This document shows, in pieces, positions 30,105 through 39,572 of a stretch of DNA of 64,000 nt. The stretch is from Patescibacteria group bacterium. Lineage in GTDB: Bacteria; Patescibacteriota; Patescibacteriia; XYB2-FULL-38-15. Made by a program: the position numbers and the translations under genes. The notes beneath the pieces were generated by a model, which was given only the letters and a program-made list of their open reading frames with translations, ran no database searches and was not told where the DNA came from. The stretch is taken from the NCBI GenBank assembly GCA_041653675.1, contig JBAZEY010000003.1, forward strand, positions 13,284 through 77,283, given 5' to 3'. The first letter of the stretch is position 1. The number at the start of each line of letters is the position of its first letter.

Positions 30105-32316
30105 TTTCTTCGGAGTTTTCTTCCTCCTCCAGAAGATTATCACTTTCAATTTCTCTAGGAGCGGCTACGGCGCCGGCGATCAAGAGATCACGCGGTTTGG
30201 CACCATCCGCTGGTCCGATTATACCCTGTTCTTCCATGAGATCAAGAAGTCGAGCAGCTCTGGCATAACCAACTTTAAGCCGCCGCTGAAGAAGCGAGGC
30301 AGAAGCTTTGCCAGCCTGGACTATAACTTCTTTAGCATCGGAAAGCAATTCATCGTCAGAATCATTTCCTAAATCTAAACCAGGAACAGAAATGCCGAAA
30401 GCGGGTTTTTGCGTAACCTCTTCTAAATAATCCGGTTCGTCTTCGTTTTTTAAATAATCAATAACTTTTTTAATTTCATGATCTCGGACGAGCGCTCCTT
30501 GCAAACGTTTTGGTTTGCCAAGATCTGAACAAGTGTAAAGCATATCGCCGCGTCCCAAAAGTTTTTCCGCGCCGGAAGTGTCCAAAATTGTTCGCGAGTC
30601 TGTACTAGAAGCTACGGCAAAAGCAATGCGCGTCGTGATGTTGGCTTTGATTAAACCAGTGATAATATTAACTGATGGTCTTTGTGTCGCCAAAATTAAA
30701 TGAATGCCGACGGCGCGAGCCATTTGAGCTAAACGAATAATGGCTGCTTCAACTTCTGCCGCGGCCACGGCCATTAAATCCGCTAACTCATCAATAATCA
30801 AAACAAGATAAGGCATTTTTTCGCCACTTTCTCGGTTGAAAGCGCCAATATCGCGCTTGCCGTGTTTGGAAAGCAATTCAAAACGTCGATCCATTTCTCC
30901 AATTACCCACTTTAGAGCATTTACTGTCTTTACCGTATCCGTGATGACCGGAGTTAAAAGATGGGGAATACCATTATAAACCGTAAATTCCACGCGTTTC
31001 GGATCGACCATAATTAAACGCAAATCATCTGGACTATTTTGATAAAGTAAACTTACAATCACAGTATTTAGGCAGACGCTTTTACCGGAGCCAGTCGAGC
31101 CGGCGACAAGCAAGTGCGGCATTTTTCCTAAATCCGCAACCCAAACTTTTCCCGAAACATCTTTGCCAAGAGCGACCGTAAGATTTGTTTTTCTTTGTTT
31201 AAATTCTTGCGCCCGTAAAATTTCTTTTAAATTTACCGCAGCAACTTTTTGGTTTGGAACTTCAATTCCGACAAGTGATTTTCCGGGGATTGGCGCTTCA
31301 ATTCTGATTGGGTGGGCCGCGAGAGCCAGAGCTAAATCATTGTGTAGGCTTGTAATTTTGGCGAGCTTTACGCCGTCGGCCGGTTTTAAAGTATATTGAG
31401 TCACTGTCGGTCCAACTGAGATATCACCCATTTCCACAACAATGCCAAAATTTTCCAAAGTTTTTTGGATGATATTCATTTGGGTTTTTATGTCGCCGCT
31501 AGTTGGTTTTTCTGATTGATCGTCTAAAAGATCAAGGGGTATGTCAATTTTTTTTCTTTCAGTCTTAACAACGATTGGACTTATTTCGGCGGGAGTAGCC
31601 TGGATTTCTGCTCCGGCCGGTATATCTTTTGTTTCAAAAGAGGGAGCACCCGCCGGTGTTGCCTCAGCTGGTTCCCGTTGGGGCTCATTTTCTTCAGTAA
31701 TTGTTTCTTTTCCGTTGCTGCTAAATTTCATGCCCAAAAATAAAAGTTTGATATTTTGATAAATTTTTTTCCAAAAATTTCCTTTTTCTGCGATGGTGTG
31801 GAGTGAAGTGTTGAACGTCAAAAGGATAGAAGAAATGAAAACGGCGAAAATAATTAAAACAGTTGCCACCTGCCCCAACGAAATTAAAAGAGGATAAGAA
31901 AGAATGAGTCCAAGATAACCACCACCGCTCGCGAGGCCAGTGAAAGAAAATGGATCGTCATAAGAAAATCCGAGGTGCAGGAGACTTTCAATTGAAAGAA
32001 CTAAAAAGAAAAGGCCAACATAATTTGAGGCCCCAAGTTCGTATTTTTCTCCATTTAAAATAATGTACCCCAATCCCAAAAGAACAATGGGGATAACGAA
32101 ACGGCCTAAACCAAAAAAAGAAGCGAGAGCGTTTTCTATGTGTTGTCCCGCCGTACCAGCTAAATTAAAAAGGCTCAGAATACTAATTCCAGCTAGTGCA
32201 AAAAGAAAAATAATAACAATGCCTCTTTTTGTGTCAGGATTAATTCGTCCGGCACTTCGGCGACCGCTTTTTCGACCTTCATTTTTTTCCTCTTTTGAAT
32301 ATTTGATTTTAGGCAT
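30097..32316 (-). CDS. ftsK: DNA translocase FtsK/SpoIIIE
   Basis: 4TM N-terminus, GSTGSGKS, IIDELADLM, ATQRPS, gamma domain LQRRLKVGYARAAR. Confidence 0.96.
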   Translation of the reverse strand: MPKIKYSKEEKNEGRKSGRRSAGRINPDTKRGIVIIFLFALAGISILSLFNLAGTAGQHIENALASFFGLGRFVIPIVLLGLGYIILNGEKYELGASNYVGLFFLVLSIESLLHLGFSYDDPFSFTGLASGGGYLGLILSYPLLISLGQVATVLIIFAVFISSILLTFNTSLHTIAEKGNFWKKIYQNIKLLFLGMKFSSNGKETITEENEPQREPAEATPAGAPSFETKDIPAGAEIQATPAEISPIVVKTERKKIDIPLDLLDDQSEKPTSGDIKTQMNIIQKTLENFGIVVEMGDISVGPTVTQYTLKPADGVKLAKITSLHNDLALALAAHPIRIEAPIPGKSLVGIEVPNQKVAAVNLKEILRAQEFKQRKTNLTVALGKDVSGKVWVADLGKMPHLLVAGSTGSGKSVCLNTVIVSLLYQNSPDDLRLIMVDPKRVEFTVYNGIPHLLTPVITDTVKTVNALKWVIGEMDRRFELLSKHGKRDIGAFNRESGEKMPYLVLIIDELADLMAVAAAEVEAAIIRLAQMARAVGIHLILATQRPSVNIITGLIKANITTRIAFAVASSTDSRTILDTSGAEKLLGRGDMLYTCSDLGKPKRLQGALVRDHEIKKVIDYLKNEDEPDYLEEVTQKPAFGISVPGLDLGNDSDDELLSDAKEVIVQAGKASASLLQRRLKVGYARAARLLDLMEEQGIIGPADGAKPRDLLIAGAVAAPREIESDNLLEEEENSEENV

Positions 32317-32435
32317 AAGCTGTTAATAGATGACATTTTATTTCTAAATTATACTATAATTATAGCTAAAAGTAAATATGGGATTATGGGTAAATTTCGT
32401 ACTATTGACAACAGCGGTTATTTTATTTTAATATA

Positions 32436-32656
32436 ACAAAAACCCGCACTCAGAACGAAAATGCGGGACAAGATAGCAGAGAAAGAACTGGAGGCAGTGA
32501 GCATGACTTAGTCCCATCATTCGACGAGACGCCATGTTCGGGATTGGTTAAAGTGAAAAATTGAGTGTGCACCCGATTTTTACTATTCCAATCCTTTCCG
32601 ACCCCCATTTCTTCTTCTGCTATTTTGTTTAAGATTAGCGCTTTTTAGACACTAAC
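32436..32656 (-). ncRNA. Candidate orphan structured ncRNA (~215 nt, three-way junction)
   Basis: Minus-strand TTGACA-17-TATACT (32690-32662); 5' hairpin, long closing stem, two inner hairpins; terminator cccgcatt…agtgcggg-ttttt; no substantial ORF. Confidence 0.55.
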
Positions 32657-32753
32657 AATAAAGTATATCATAAATTTGAAATTTTGTCAATAGTTATTGA
32701 CAAAACCGCCCAAAGAGGCGGTTTTAAGTTTATATTCGATTTTTTATAAATTA

Positions 32754-34379
32754 TTACTTTTTCACTTTGTAGATCGATATTTCTTCGTTTTGATAAACAT
32801 TTTCTAAGTAGCTATCTCTATCAGGATTGAAATTACTCATTTTTTGTTCAGTTGGCCCGTAAAAGAGATAGTCAATTTTATTGATTTTCAAAAAAGCAGC
32901 TCGGGTCCTATCGCCGTATTTCTGAAAAAATAACTCCACTTGTTCGGTTTTTTTCCCGCTTAGAGCGGTGTTGCCATTTGAGCCGAGAAAAACCGGCTTC
33001 ACACCAAAGGCAGGAATGACATTTCCGCTATCATAACTCGAAAAGATAACACTTTCTTGAGGAGTATTATTTTTTAGCCAAACCATCGCGTCGACCATTT
33101 CTTTTTTTAAAAAAATAAAAGAATCGTGATCTAGGTATAATTTTATGTCGCGTACCAGAATATAGTAACTTGAAAAGAAAAACAATGATGAAAGTAACAA
33201 AATAATTGATAGCAATATTTTAGGGTGAGAGAAGGAAATCAGTTTTTTTCTTTCCAGGAAATTTTTTAAAAAATATAACCCCATAATAGCCATAAGTACC
33301 ATTACAAAATGTAGGCCTTCGATCATTTTACGCTGAAAATTTAAGAACGGCAGAAAGGGTAAAATTATTTGAGTGGGAAACCATGTTAGTAAAAAAAATT
33401 CTTTATCCAATTTTTCTTTTTTTAGGAGAAGAACAAAAAAACCAAGAATACCAAAGATAAAAAGAAAACCATAACTCAGTAAGAAGTTATAGAAGGGCGG
33501 AGTTGGCAGATTATTTTGCAGGGCAAATTGCTGTCTTGTCCAAAAAACATTCAGGGTCCAGAGGTGGTAGACGATGGCCGGAGAAGAAACGGCAATTAAA
33601 ATTATATAGTGTTTTATGAGATCCCACCTGATTGATGATTTTTTTATGCTTTGGATAATAATGTAAAGGCCGATTACGCCGAAAATAGTCGGCACATGAT
33701 ATGGATGGAAGAAAAAAAGAAATAGGGCGACTAAGCCGGCTAAAAAACTAAGGAGATAACTTTTTTTTTCGAAAGATCGTAGGGTAAGTAAAAAAATCAG
33801 TATGGTACAAAAAAGTGAGGCGATGAAGTGGGGTGAATGGTAAAGAGTATAAAAAGTTGAAGATTCTATACTCCACAAATCCAGTGGGGGCGGCCAAAAG
33901 TTGGAGGCGCCGATTTCTACAAGCGGCCACAGCAAGCCGCTTATCCCCGAAGAAAAAATAAGAAGAATAAAACAAAATTTTCTTGTCTTTGTCTCTTTAA
34001 AAAAATAAGAGATAAAAATATAGGCAATGGCTAGAAAAACGGGGATAAGGAATACCCTGGCGAGTTGATAGGCGGCAAAACCAGAAAGGGAAAACATTTT
34101 GGCGAAAAGGCCGACGCCGAGCCAAAAGGGATCAAAAATAAAACGAGGTTCTGTCTCGGAAGTATACAAATTTTTGAAAAGGAGATGGCCGTCTTTGGCT
34201 TGTTCAATCCAGGAATAATAAACGGGAGTGTCTCGAGAATTTGTTGTTTGCAAGCCCCAAAAGATGGTGTCTCTGGGGGCAGCAAAAATTCCTACCATGT
34301 TTGGCAAGAAAGTTATGATAATAATAAGTGCGCCCAGTATCGCGACAAATTTCCATTCCTTTGTACTAATTTCGGGCAT
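32754..34379 (-). CDS. GT-C-like polytopic membrane glycosyltransferase
   Basis: About 12 TMs; D-x-x-x-YY in the first loop; C-terminal WLKNNTP…IDYLF soluble domain; inside a glycosylation cluster. Confidence 0.6.
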   Translation of the reverse strand: MPEISTKEWKFVAILGALIIIITFLPNMVGIFAAPRDTIFWGLQTTNSRDTPVYYSWIEQAKDGHLLFKNLYTSETEPRFIFDPFWLGVGLFAKMFSLSGFAAYQLARVFLIPVFLAIAYIFISYFFKETKTRKFCFILLIFSSGISGLLWPLVEIGASNFWPPPLDLWSIESSTFYTLYHSPHFIASLFCTILIFLLTLRSFEKKSYLLSFLAGLVALFLFFFHPYHVPTIFGVIGLYIIIQSIKKSSIRWDLIKHYIILIAVSSPAIVYHLWTLNVFWTRQQFALQNNLPTPPFYNFLLSYGFLFIFGILGFFVLLLKKEKLDKEFFLLTWFPTQIILPFLPFLNFQRKMIEGLHFVMVLMAIMGLYFLKNFLERKKLISFSHPKILLSIILLLSSLFFFSSYYILVRDIKLYLDHDSFIFLKKEMVDAMVWLKNNTPQESVIFSSYDSGNVIPAFGVKPVFLGSNGNTALSGKKTEQVELFFQKYGDRTRAAFLKINKIDYLFYGPTEQKMSNFNPDRDSYLENVYQNEEISIYKVKK

Positions 34380-35085
34380 GGGTTTTTTTTAATCGCCAGA
34401 TTTCTTTTAAATATCCGAGAGAAACTTTTATAAAGCTTACCCGACTTTTACGGCCGATTTTTTTGTGTTCAGTCCAGACGACCGGTACTTCTTTGATGCG
34501 ATAATTATTTTTCTCTGCCAGAACTACCATCTCTGTATCAAAAAACCATTCATTATTTTTTATTTGCGGTAAAATGCTTTGAACAACGCGACGGTTTACA
34601 GCTTTAAAACCGCAAGGGGCATCTTTTATTTTCAGACCAAGTGCGAAATGGAGGGCAAGGCGGTAAACTCGAGAAATAAATTTTCTAAGCAGCGATCTAT
34701 TAACTCTAGAATTTTTATGAAAACGCGCGCCGGCAGCGAGATCAAAATTTTCCTGGCCAATCGCGGCGATTAGCGCGGGTAGGGAAGAAAGGTTGGTTGC
34801 TAAATCCGCGTCCATAAAAATATAGACATCAGCATCGTTCGTTTCCCAGGCGGCGCGGATGGCCCGGCCTTTTCCTTTTTTCGGGATATTTAAATATTTT
34901 ATTTTTTCTAGATTTTTCTCTAAGTTTTTTCCGACTTCGCTAGTTCGGTCACCTGAATTATTGTCAGCAATAATAACTTGCCATTCTTCGGCGATATTGT
35001 TTTTTAAAAAATCATAAATTTTTTTGACGTTTTCTGCCAAAATAGATTCTTCGTTATAGGCTGGAACAGCAATTAAAATTTTCAT
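34366..35085 (-). CDS. GT2 polyprenol/dolichol-phosphate glycosyltransferase
   Basis: VPAYNEE, IIADNNSGDRT, GKGRAIR, FMDAD, DAPCGFK, WFFDTE. Confidence 0.9.
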   Translation of the reverse strand: MKILIAVPAYNEESILAENVKKIYDFLKNNIAEEWQVIIADNNSGDRTSEVGKNLEKNLEKIKYLNIPKKGKGRAIRAAWETNDADVYIFMDADLATNLSSLPALIAAIGQENFDLAAGARFHKNSRVNRSLLRKFISRVYRLALHFALGLKIKDAPCGFKAVNRRVVQSILPQIKNNEWFFDTEMVVLAEKNNYRIKEVPVVWTEHKKIGRKSRVSFIKVSLGYLKEIWRLKKTHARN

Positions 35086-36683
35086 TAGTATTTCCGAATC
35101 AATTTATAAATTTTTCCCTCATCATCTTTGTAAGCCATTTCAAAATTGCCATTACTTTTTAGATTATTTTCTAGGGCGATGTGGTCTTTATCCACAAAAA
35201 CATATTCGGAATGAAAATCATTTTTAACAATTTCGGAAATGTTTGGCCGTCGGCCGGTCGTAATATCAACCCAAACTTTGTGTAGGTCTTTATTATAATC
35301 ATACATAAAGGTTGGATCAAGGCCGGCGATATAATAATTATGAGTATTATAATAAAAAAGAGCAGGAAAATCGTCCCAATCATTATGGAAAACAATTGCC
35401 CCGGCGGGAGTATTATTTTTTAACCATTCGGCGACGTCCTGATATTTATAAATTGATCCGCCGGAAAGATAGAGCTGTTTTATTGACCAAATATTTCGTC
35501 CGGCGGTAAACGGCACCATAATTAAAATATAAAGAATAACTAGGCTTGAAAAAACTTTTCTCTTCTGCCGCCAAGCATTAATCGCGGGCAGATATTTTTT
35601 TATTAAAGAAAGGGGTTGATTTAAAACAAAAGCAGAGGCGAGCGTGGCGAAGGGAATGAAATATTCAACGTTGCGGCGGGAACGCAGAGTCAGCGCCAAG
35701 AAAAAAAGCGCAAGAAAAGTAAGAGTAATAATTCGAGTTTTATTTTTTGAATCTATTTTGGCAGGTTTTTCTTTACCAGCGAAATTTTTAAGAAAATTTA
35801 TAAAAAATACGGCAAAAGAGAGGATCAATAAAATAAAAATAAATGAAGAGTTGGCAATAAGATCTCCTAAACCATAAGGATACCACTCTGCTCCGACGCC
35901 GATTTTGTCCTGATAATTGATAACGGCGATTTTTATAATTTGTTGCCAATAAAAAAATAAATTTTTAGGAAAAAACGGGTTTAGTACAACGCCAGCGACG
36001 AGCCCCCCGAAGCAAGCTAAAAATAATTTAAAGTTTTCTTTAGAAAAAATATTTTTAAAGAAATTTTTTATCAGCAATCTTATATTCTGAAAGGAATGAG
36101 CGGTGTTTACGATAGCCTCGGCAAAAATATAAAATAATGTCAGAACTAAAATTAACGGCCAGCCGCCGTAAGTCCAGACATAAATAAATGATAGGACGAA
36201 AAGCGGCCAGAGTTTTCGATGAAAAATAAAATAAAGTCCAAAGAGCAAAATTATGAGTGAAAAAGACGACGCCTTGGCTAAATTAATTCTAAAAATAAAA
36301 GGACTAGAAGCTAAAAGAATCAAACAATAAAAAATCGCGCCCTTGATTTGAAATTTTTTTAAAAACCAATAAAAAATTAAAATCAAAAGCGCGGCAAAAA
36401 ATGCGGTGGCAAGTTTTATGCCGACCAGCGGATCTAAAAAGGTGACAAAAGGGACAAGTGCAACATGATATAAAAAATGGTGGTCGATGTAGTAATCTTT
36501 TAAAACAGTGAATTGCAGCCAAGGAAAGTCGGCGACAATTCCCTGGTCGCGGGTTAAAACCGCCATTTTGGCGTGGTAAAAAGAATCTGGATCGGGAAAG
36601 GTCGGAGAAATTTGAAAGTACGAAAAAAGAGAAAACGAAACGACGAAAAGTAAAAGGAATTTTAAGAGTTCGTTTTTTTTCAT
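35085..36683 (-). CDS. STT3/AglB-like (GT-C) membrane glycosyltransferase
   Basis: DPDSFYH after TM1, GAEW, multi-TM core, C-terminal WLKNNTP…FHNDWDDF. Confidence 0.6.
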   Translation of the reverse strand: MKKNELLKFLLLFVVSFSLFSYFQISPTFPDPDSFYHAKMAVLTRDQGIVADFPWLQFTVLKDYYIDHHFLYHVALVPFVTFLDPLVGIKLATAFFAALLILIFYWFLKKFQIKGAIFYCLILLASSPFIFRINLAKASSFSLIILLFGLYFIFHRKLWPLFVLSFIYVWTYGGWPLILVLTLFYIFAEAIVNTAHSFQNIRLLIKNFFKNIFSKENFKLFLACFGGLVAGVVLNPFFPKNLFFYWQQIIKIAVINYQDKIGVGAEWYPYGLGDLIANSSFIFILLILSFAVFFINFLKNFAGKEKPAKIDSKNKTRIITLTFLALFFLALTLRSRRNVEYFIPFATLASAFVLNQPLSLIKKYLPAINAWRQKRKVFSSLVILYILIMVPFTAGRNIWSIKQLYLSGGSIYKYQDVAEWLKNNTPAGAIVFHNDWDDFPALFYYNTHNYYIAGLDPTFMYDYNKDLHKVWVDITTGRRPNISEIVKNDFHSEYVFVDKDHIALENNLKSNGNFEMAYKDDEGKIYKLIRKY

Positions 36684-36716
36684 CGAGTAGCTTCCTCCTT
36701 TAAAATTTTTTGATAT

Positions 36717-37742
36717 TTAGCCAAGTTGTTTTTTGAAAAAATCAACCCAAGGAACGGGAGAGGGGTCAATATTGTAAATCATTGCGAGATAAAAACTTAA
36801 ATAGCTGCCGAGGGAAAGGATTTCGAAAGTTTGGAGAAGTTTATTTTTTTCCACCGGACGGTATTCAATAAAATTTATTTTATTTTTAGTGAGAACGGTT
36901 TTTAATATTTTATATCTTTTTTGATTTCGTGGGAGATAGAGGCCGGAATTTATAAGAATGAATTTTAGATTTTGTTTATTAGCCGCCGGATTTTTCAGCC
37001 CTTCCATCAAATGATGGTTTAATTCCGGTAGTTCAAAATAGGTAGCAAAATTTTTGGCATTCTCATTAATCTGATTTGCCATTATGTGGCCGTTGCCAGA
37101 TAAAAATTCTGAAGCAACAATAATTGGGATTTTATTTTTAAGTGCCGATGAGATTTTTTCTACCTGGCGAGGTTTGTGGTCGAGCACCGAAACAACGGTT
37201 TTTATTTCTTGGTCGCTAATTTTAAGTAAACTACACTTAGCAAGAAGCCCAAGCTGGCCTATGATCGAATATCCAAGTCCCATGCGCGGTTGGTTTGAGG
37301 GATTGGAAGTTGGTTTAAAAATATAGGCCGGGTAATTGTTGGCGCGTAAAAAGTTTGCCAATTTTCCGCCAGTCGCGAGACCCAAGATTTTTGCTTTTCT
37401 ATTTTTACCTTCGTGAGCTGCGGCTAAAGTTTCTTCAGTATTGCCAGAGTAGCTGGAAAGAATTAAAAGAGTTTTTGGGCCGACGTAAGCGGGGAGAGTA
37501 TAACCGCGGACGATTTCAATCGGCGTTTTTAATTTGTCGGCAAAAAGCGATTGAATCAAATGCCCTCCAAGCGCCGAGCCGCCCATTCCCGATATAACAA
37601 TATTTTCTACACTGCGATAGCTGGTTGGGATTTTTATTTCTTTAATATCCCGCCAGGCTTCAGCGCACTGTTTACCTAATAATTTAATAGATCCGAACAA
37701 GTTTGATTTGTCCAATTTTTTGATTTGTTGTGAGGTAATCAT
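36717..37742 (-). CDS. Bifunctional phosphoglucose/phosphomannose isomerase (SIS)
   Basis: GMGGSALGG, SSYSGNTEET, QINENAK, PELNHH. Confidence 0.9.
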   Translation of the reverse strand: MITSQQIKKLDKSNLFGSIKLLGKQCAEAWRDIKEIKIPTSYRSVENIVISGMGGSALGGHLIQSLFADKLKTPIEIVRGYTLPAYVGPKTLLILSSYSGNTEETLAAAHEGKNRKAKILGLATGGKLANFLRANNYPAYIFKPTSNPSNQPRMGLGYSIIGQLGLLAKCSLLKISDQEIKTVVSVLDHKPRQVEKISSALKNKIPIIVASEFLSGNGHIMANQINENAKNFATYFELPELNHHLMEGLKNPAANKQNLKFILINSGLYLPRNQKRYKILKTVLTKNKINFIEYRPVEKNKLLQTFEILSLGSYLSFYLAMIYNIDPSPVPWVDFFKKQLG

Positions 37743-37836
37743 GATTATAATATCATTATTTTTATTTCTTTATTCTATCAAATTTACGATAAATAAAAAA
37801 GCCCGGCTCTCGGCCGGGTAAAAACGCGTAATTTTA

Positions 37837-39087
37837 TCATTTATTCAATAATTTTTTTCGGCGGAGAAGTTTATGGTAGCCAATGGCAAAACGGTGGGCT
37901 TCGTCTCGAATTTGGAGCAAAATATCTTTGTGCAGCTCGGCGACACGGACGAGTTCTAAATTTTTAGGGTCGGCGATTAGTCGGTCTTGTTTGCGGTCAA
38001 AGCCTTTGGCGATACCCAAGACTGGAATTTTAATTTTTTGTTCAGATAAAATTTCTCGAACCGCGTTTATTTGTCCCCAGCCGCCGTCAACTAAAATTAA
38101 ATTTGGCTGCGGCCACTCTTTGTGTGCCAGCCGCCGCGTCATTACTTCTCTTATCATACCAACATCATTTGGCGTATCTAATGTTTTTATTTTGAATTTC
38201 CGGTATTCATTTTTGTTTGGTTTTCCATCTTCAAAAATAACCATACTACCCGTGGCCGAAGTGCCGCTGATGTTTGAAATATCGTAACCTTCAATCCGGC
38301 CGAAAATATTGATGCCAGATTCCCGATTTTTAAATTTTGATTCTTCTTTGATAACAGCCACGTCCTGGATATGTTCTAGGGAAAAAATTTGATTACGAAG
38401 TCGCGCCGCTTTTTCAAAATCTTCTTCGCGGCTTGCGAGGGTCATTTCTTTATTTAAATTTTTTATAATTTTTTCTTTTTTACCTTCAAAAAATAAAATC
38501 AGATGGCGGATAAGGCGGCGATAATCTTTCGCGGAAATAAGATCGGCGCAGGGAGCTGGGCATTGTTTCAAATGGTAATGAAGGCAGGGGCGTTTTGGCA
38601 GAGTGGCACAATCGCGGAAGGGAAAAATTCGCCGGCGCAAAATGCCCAGCGCGGCACGGAGCGAGGAGGCGCTTGTGTATGGTCCAAAAAGTTTGGAAAT
38701 TTGTTTTTTTTCGCGCGGGGTCATCCGTTCCAATTCTAAACCTCGTAGTAAGATGATCCTTGGAAATTTTTCTTTGGTAAAAGCCACGTATAAAAATGAT
38801 CTATCGTCTTTTTCTTTAACATTATATTTTGGCAAATATTTTTTTATCAAATTAGCTTCTAGGATTAGAGCCTCAATCACGGTGGGCGTTTTTTTAAAAT
38901 TAATATCCGCGATTTCCCCAACTAATTTTTCAATCCTAATATCATGAGGCCGGTCAAAATAACTTCTGACGCGGTCATGGATAGAAGTAGCTTTCCCAAC
39001 ATAAATAATCTTGCCCGCGGCGTTTTTCATTAAGTATACGCCCGGAGTTTTGGGAAATTTTTGTATTTTATTTTTTAAGTCGCGCAT
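37837..39087 (-). CDS. uvrC: Excinuclease ABC subunit C (short form, no C-terminal HhH)
   Basis: GIY-YIG (PGVYLMK…YVGKA), UVR (FEKAARLRNQI), RNase-H-like RIEGYDISN, LVDGG, RDEAHRFA. Confidence 0.93.
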   Translation of the reverse strand: MRDLKNKIQKFPKTPGVYLMKNAAGKIIYVGKATSIHDRVRSYFDRPHDIRIEKLVGEIADINFKKTPTVIEALILEANLIKKYLPKYNVKEKDDRSFLYVAFTKEKFPRIILLRGLELERMTPREKKQISKLFGPYTSASSLRAALGILRRRIFPFRDCATLPKRPCLHYHLKQCPAPCADLISAKDYRRLIRHLILFFEGKKEKIIKNLNKEMTLASREEDFEKAARLRNQIFSLEHIQDVAVIKEESKFKNRESGINIFGRIEGYDISNISGTSATGSMVIFEDGKPNKNEYRKFKIKTLDTPNDVGMIREVMTRRLAHKEWPQPNLILVDGGWGQINAVREILSEQKIKIPVLGIAKGFDRKQDRLIADPKNLELVRVAELHKDILLQIRDEAHRFAIGYHKLLRRKKLLNK

Positions 39088-39095
39088 GGAGGTTG

Positions 39096-39219
39096 CCCCG
39101 TTAGAAGTCCTTGGAAAAAATTTTAATTAAAATTTTTTCGGAAGCAACGAGGTGAAATAAAATTCTCGCCATCTATTTAAGTAAAGCGTCTCTTAAATAG
39201 AGACAGACTTCTAACGGGG
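39096..39219. mobile_element. 124-bp MITE/REP-like element with 14-bp terminal inverted repeats
   Basis: ccccgttagaagtc … gacttctaacgggg; three internal hairpins; flanked by ttg on both sides. Confidence 0.7.
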
Positions 39220-39270
39220 TTGACTTTTTTATTTTTTTGTTTCAAGATAAAGTCGCGAAAGGAGGACGCA

Positions 39271-39543
39271 ATGATGATCGGTCACCTCAAGGAGGAACTG
39301 AACGGCCCCGGGAGATATGTCTTTGGAATCTGGGATGGCACTGCCGGTTGTTACATCGGCGGAGCCGAGTGGATTGCTATCGTAACAGACGATCGTCAAA
39401 AGATGGCTGTGCGGCTTCAGGGAACGATTGACTTTTTTTCGTCGCAGGGATGTGACGGCGTGTCGAGTGACGTGCAGCGGATTATGACGCGCTACGGCGT
39501 CTCTCTATCGGAGAAGCTGAAGGTCTATCGGACCGCGAAGTGA
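39271..39543 (+). CDS. GC-rich ORFan (90 aa) antisense between uvrA and uvrC
   Basis: aaggagg SD; terminator gagccttggcaa-ac-ttgcccaggctc-tttttt. Confidence 0.6.
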   Translation: MMIGHLKEELNGPGRYVFGIWDGTAGCYIGGAEWIAIVTDDRQKMAVRLQGTIDFFSSQGCDGVSSDVQRIMTRYGVSLSEKLKVYRTAK

Positions 39544-39572
39544 GCCTTGGCAAACTTGCCCAGGCTCTTTTT

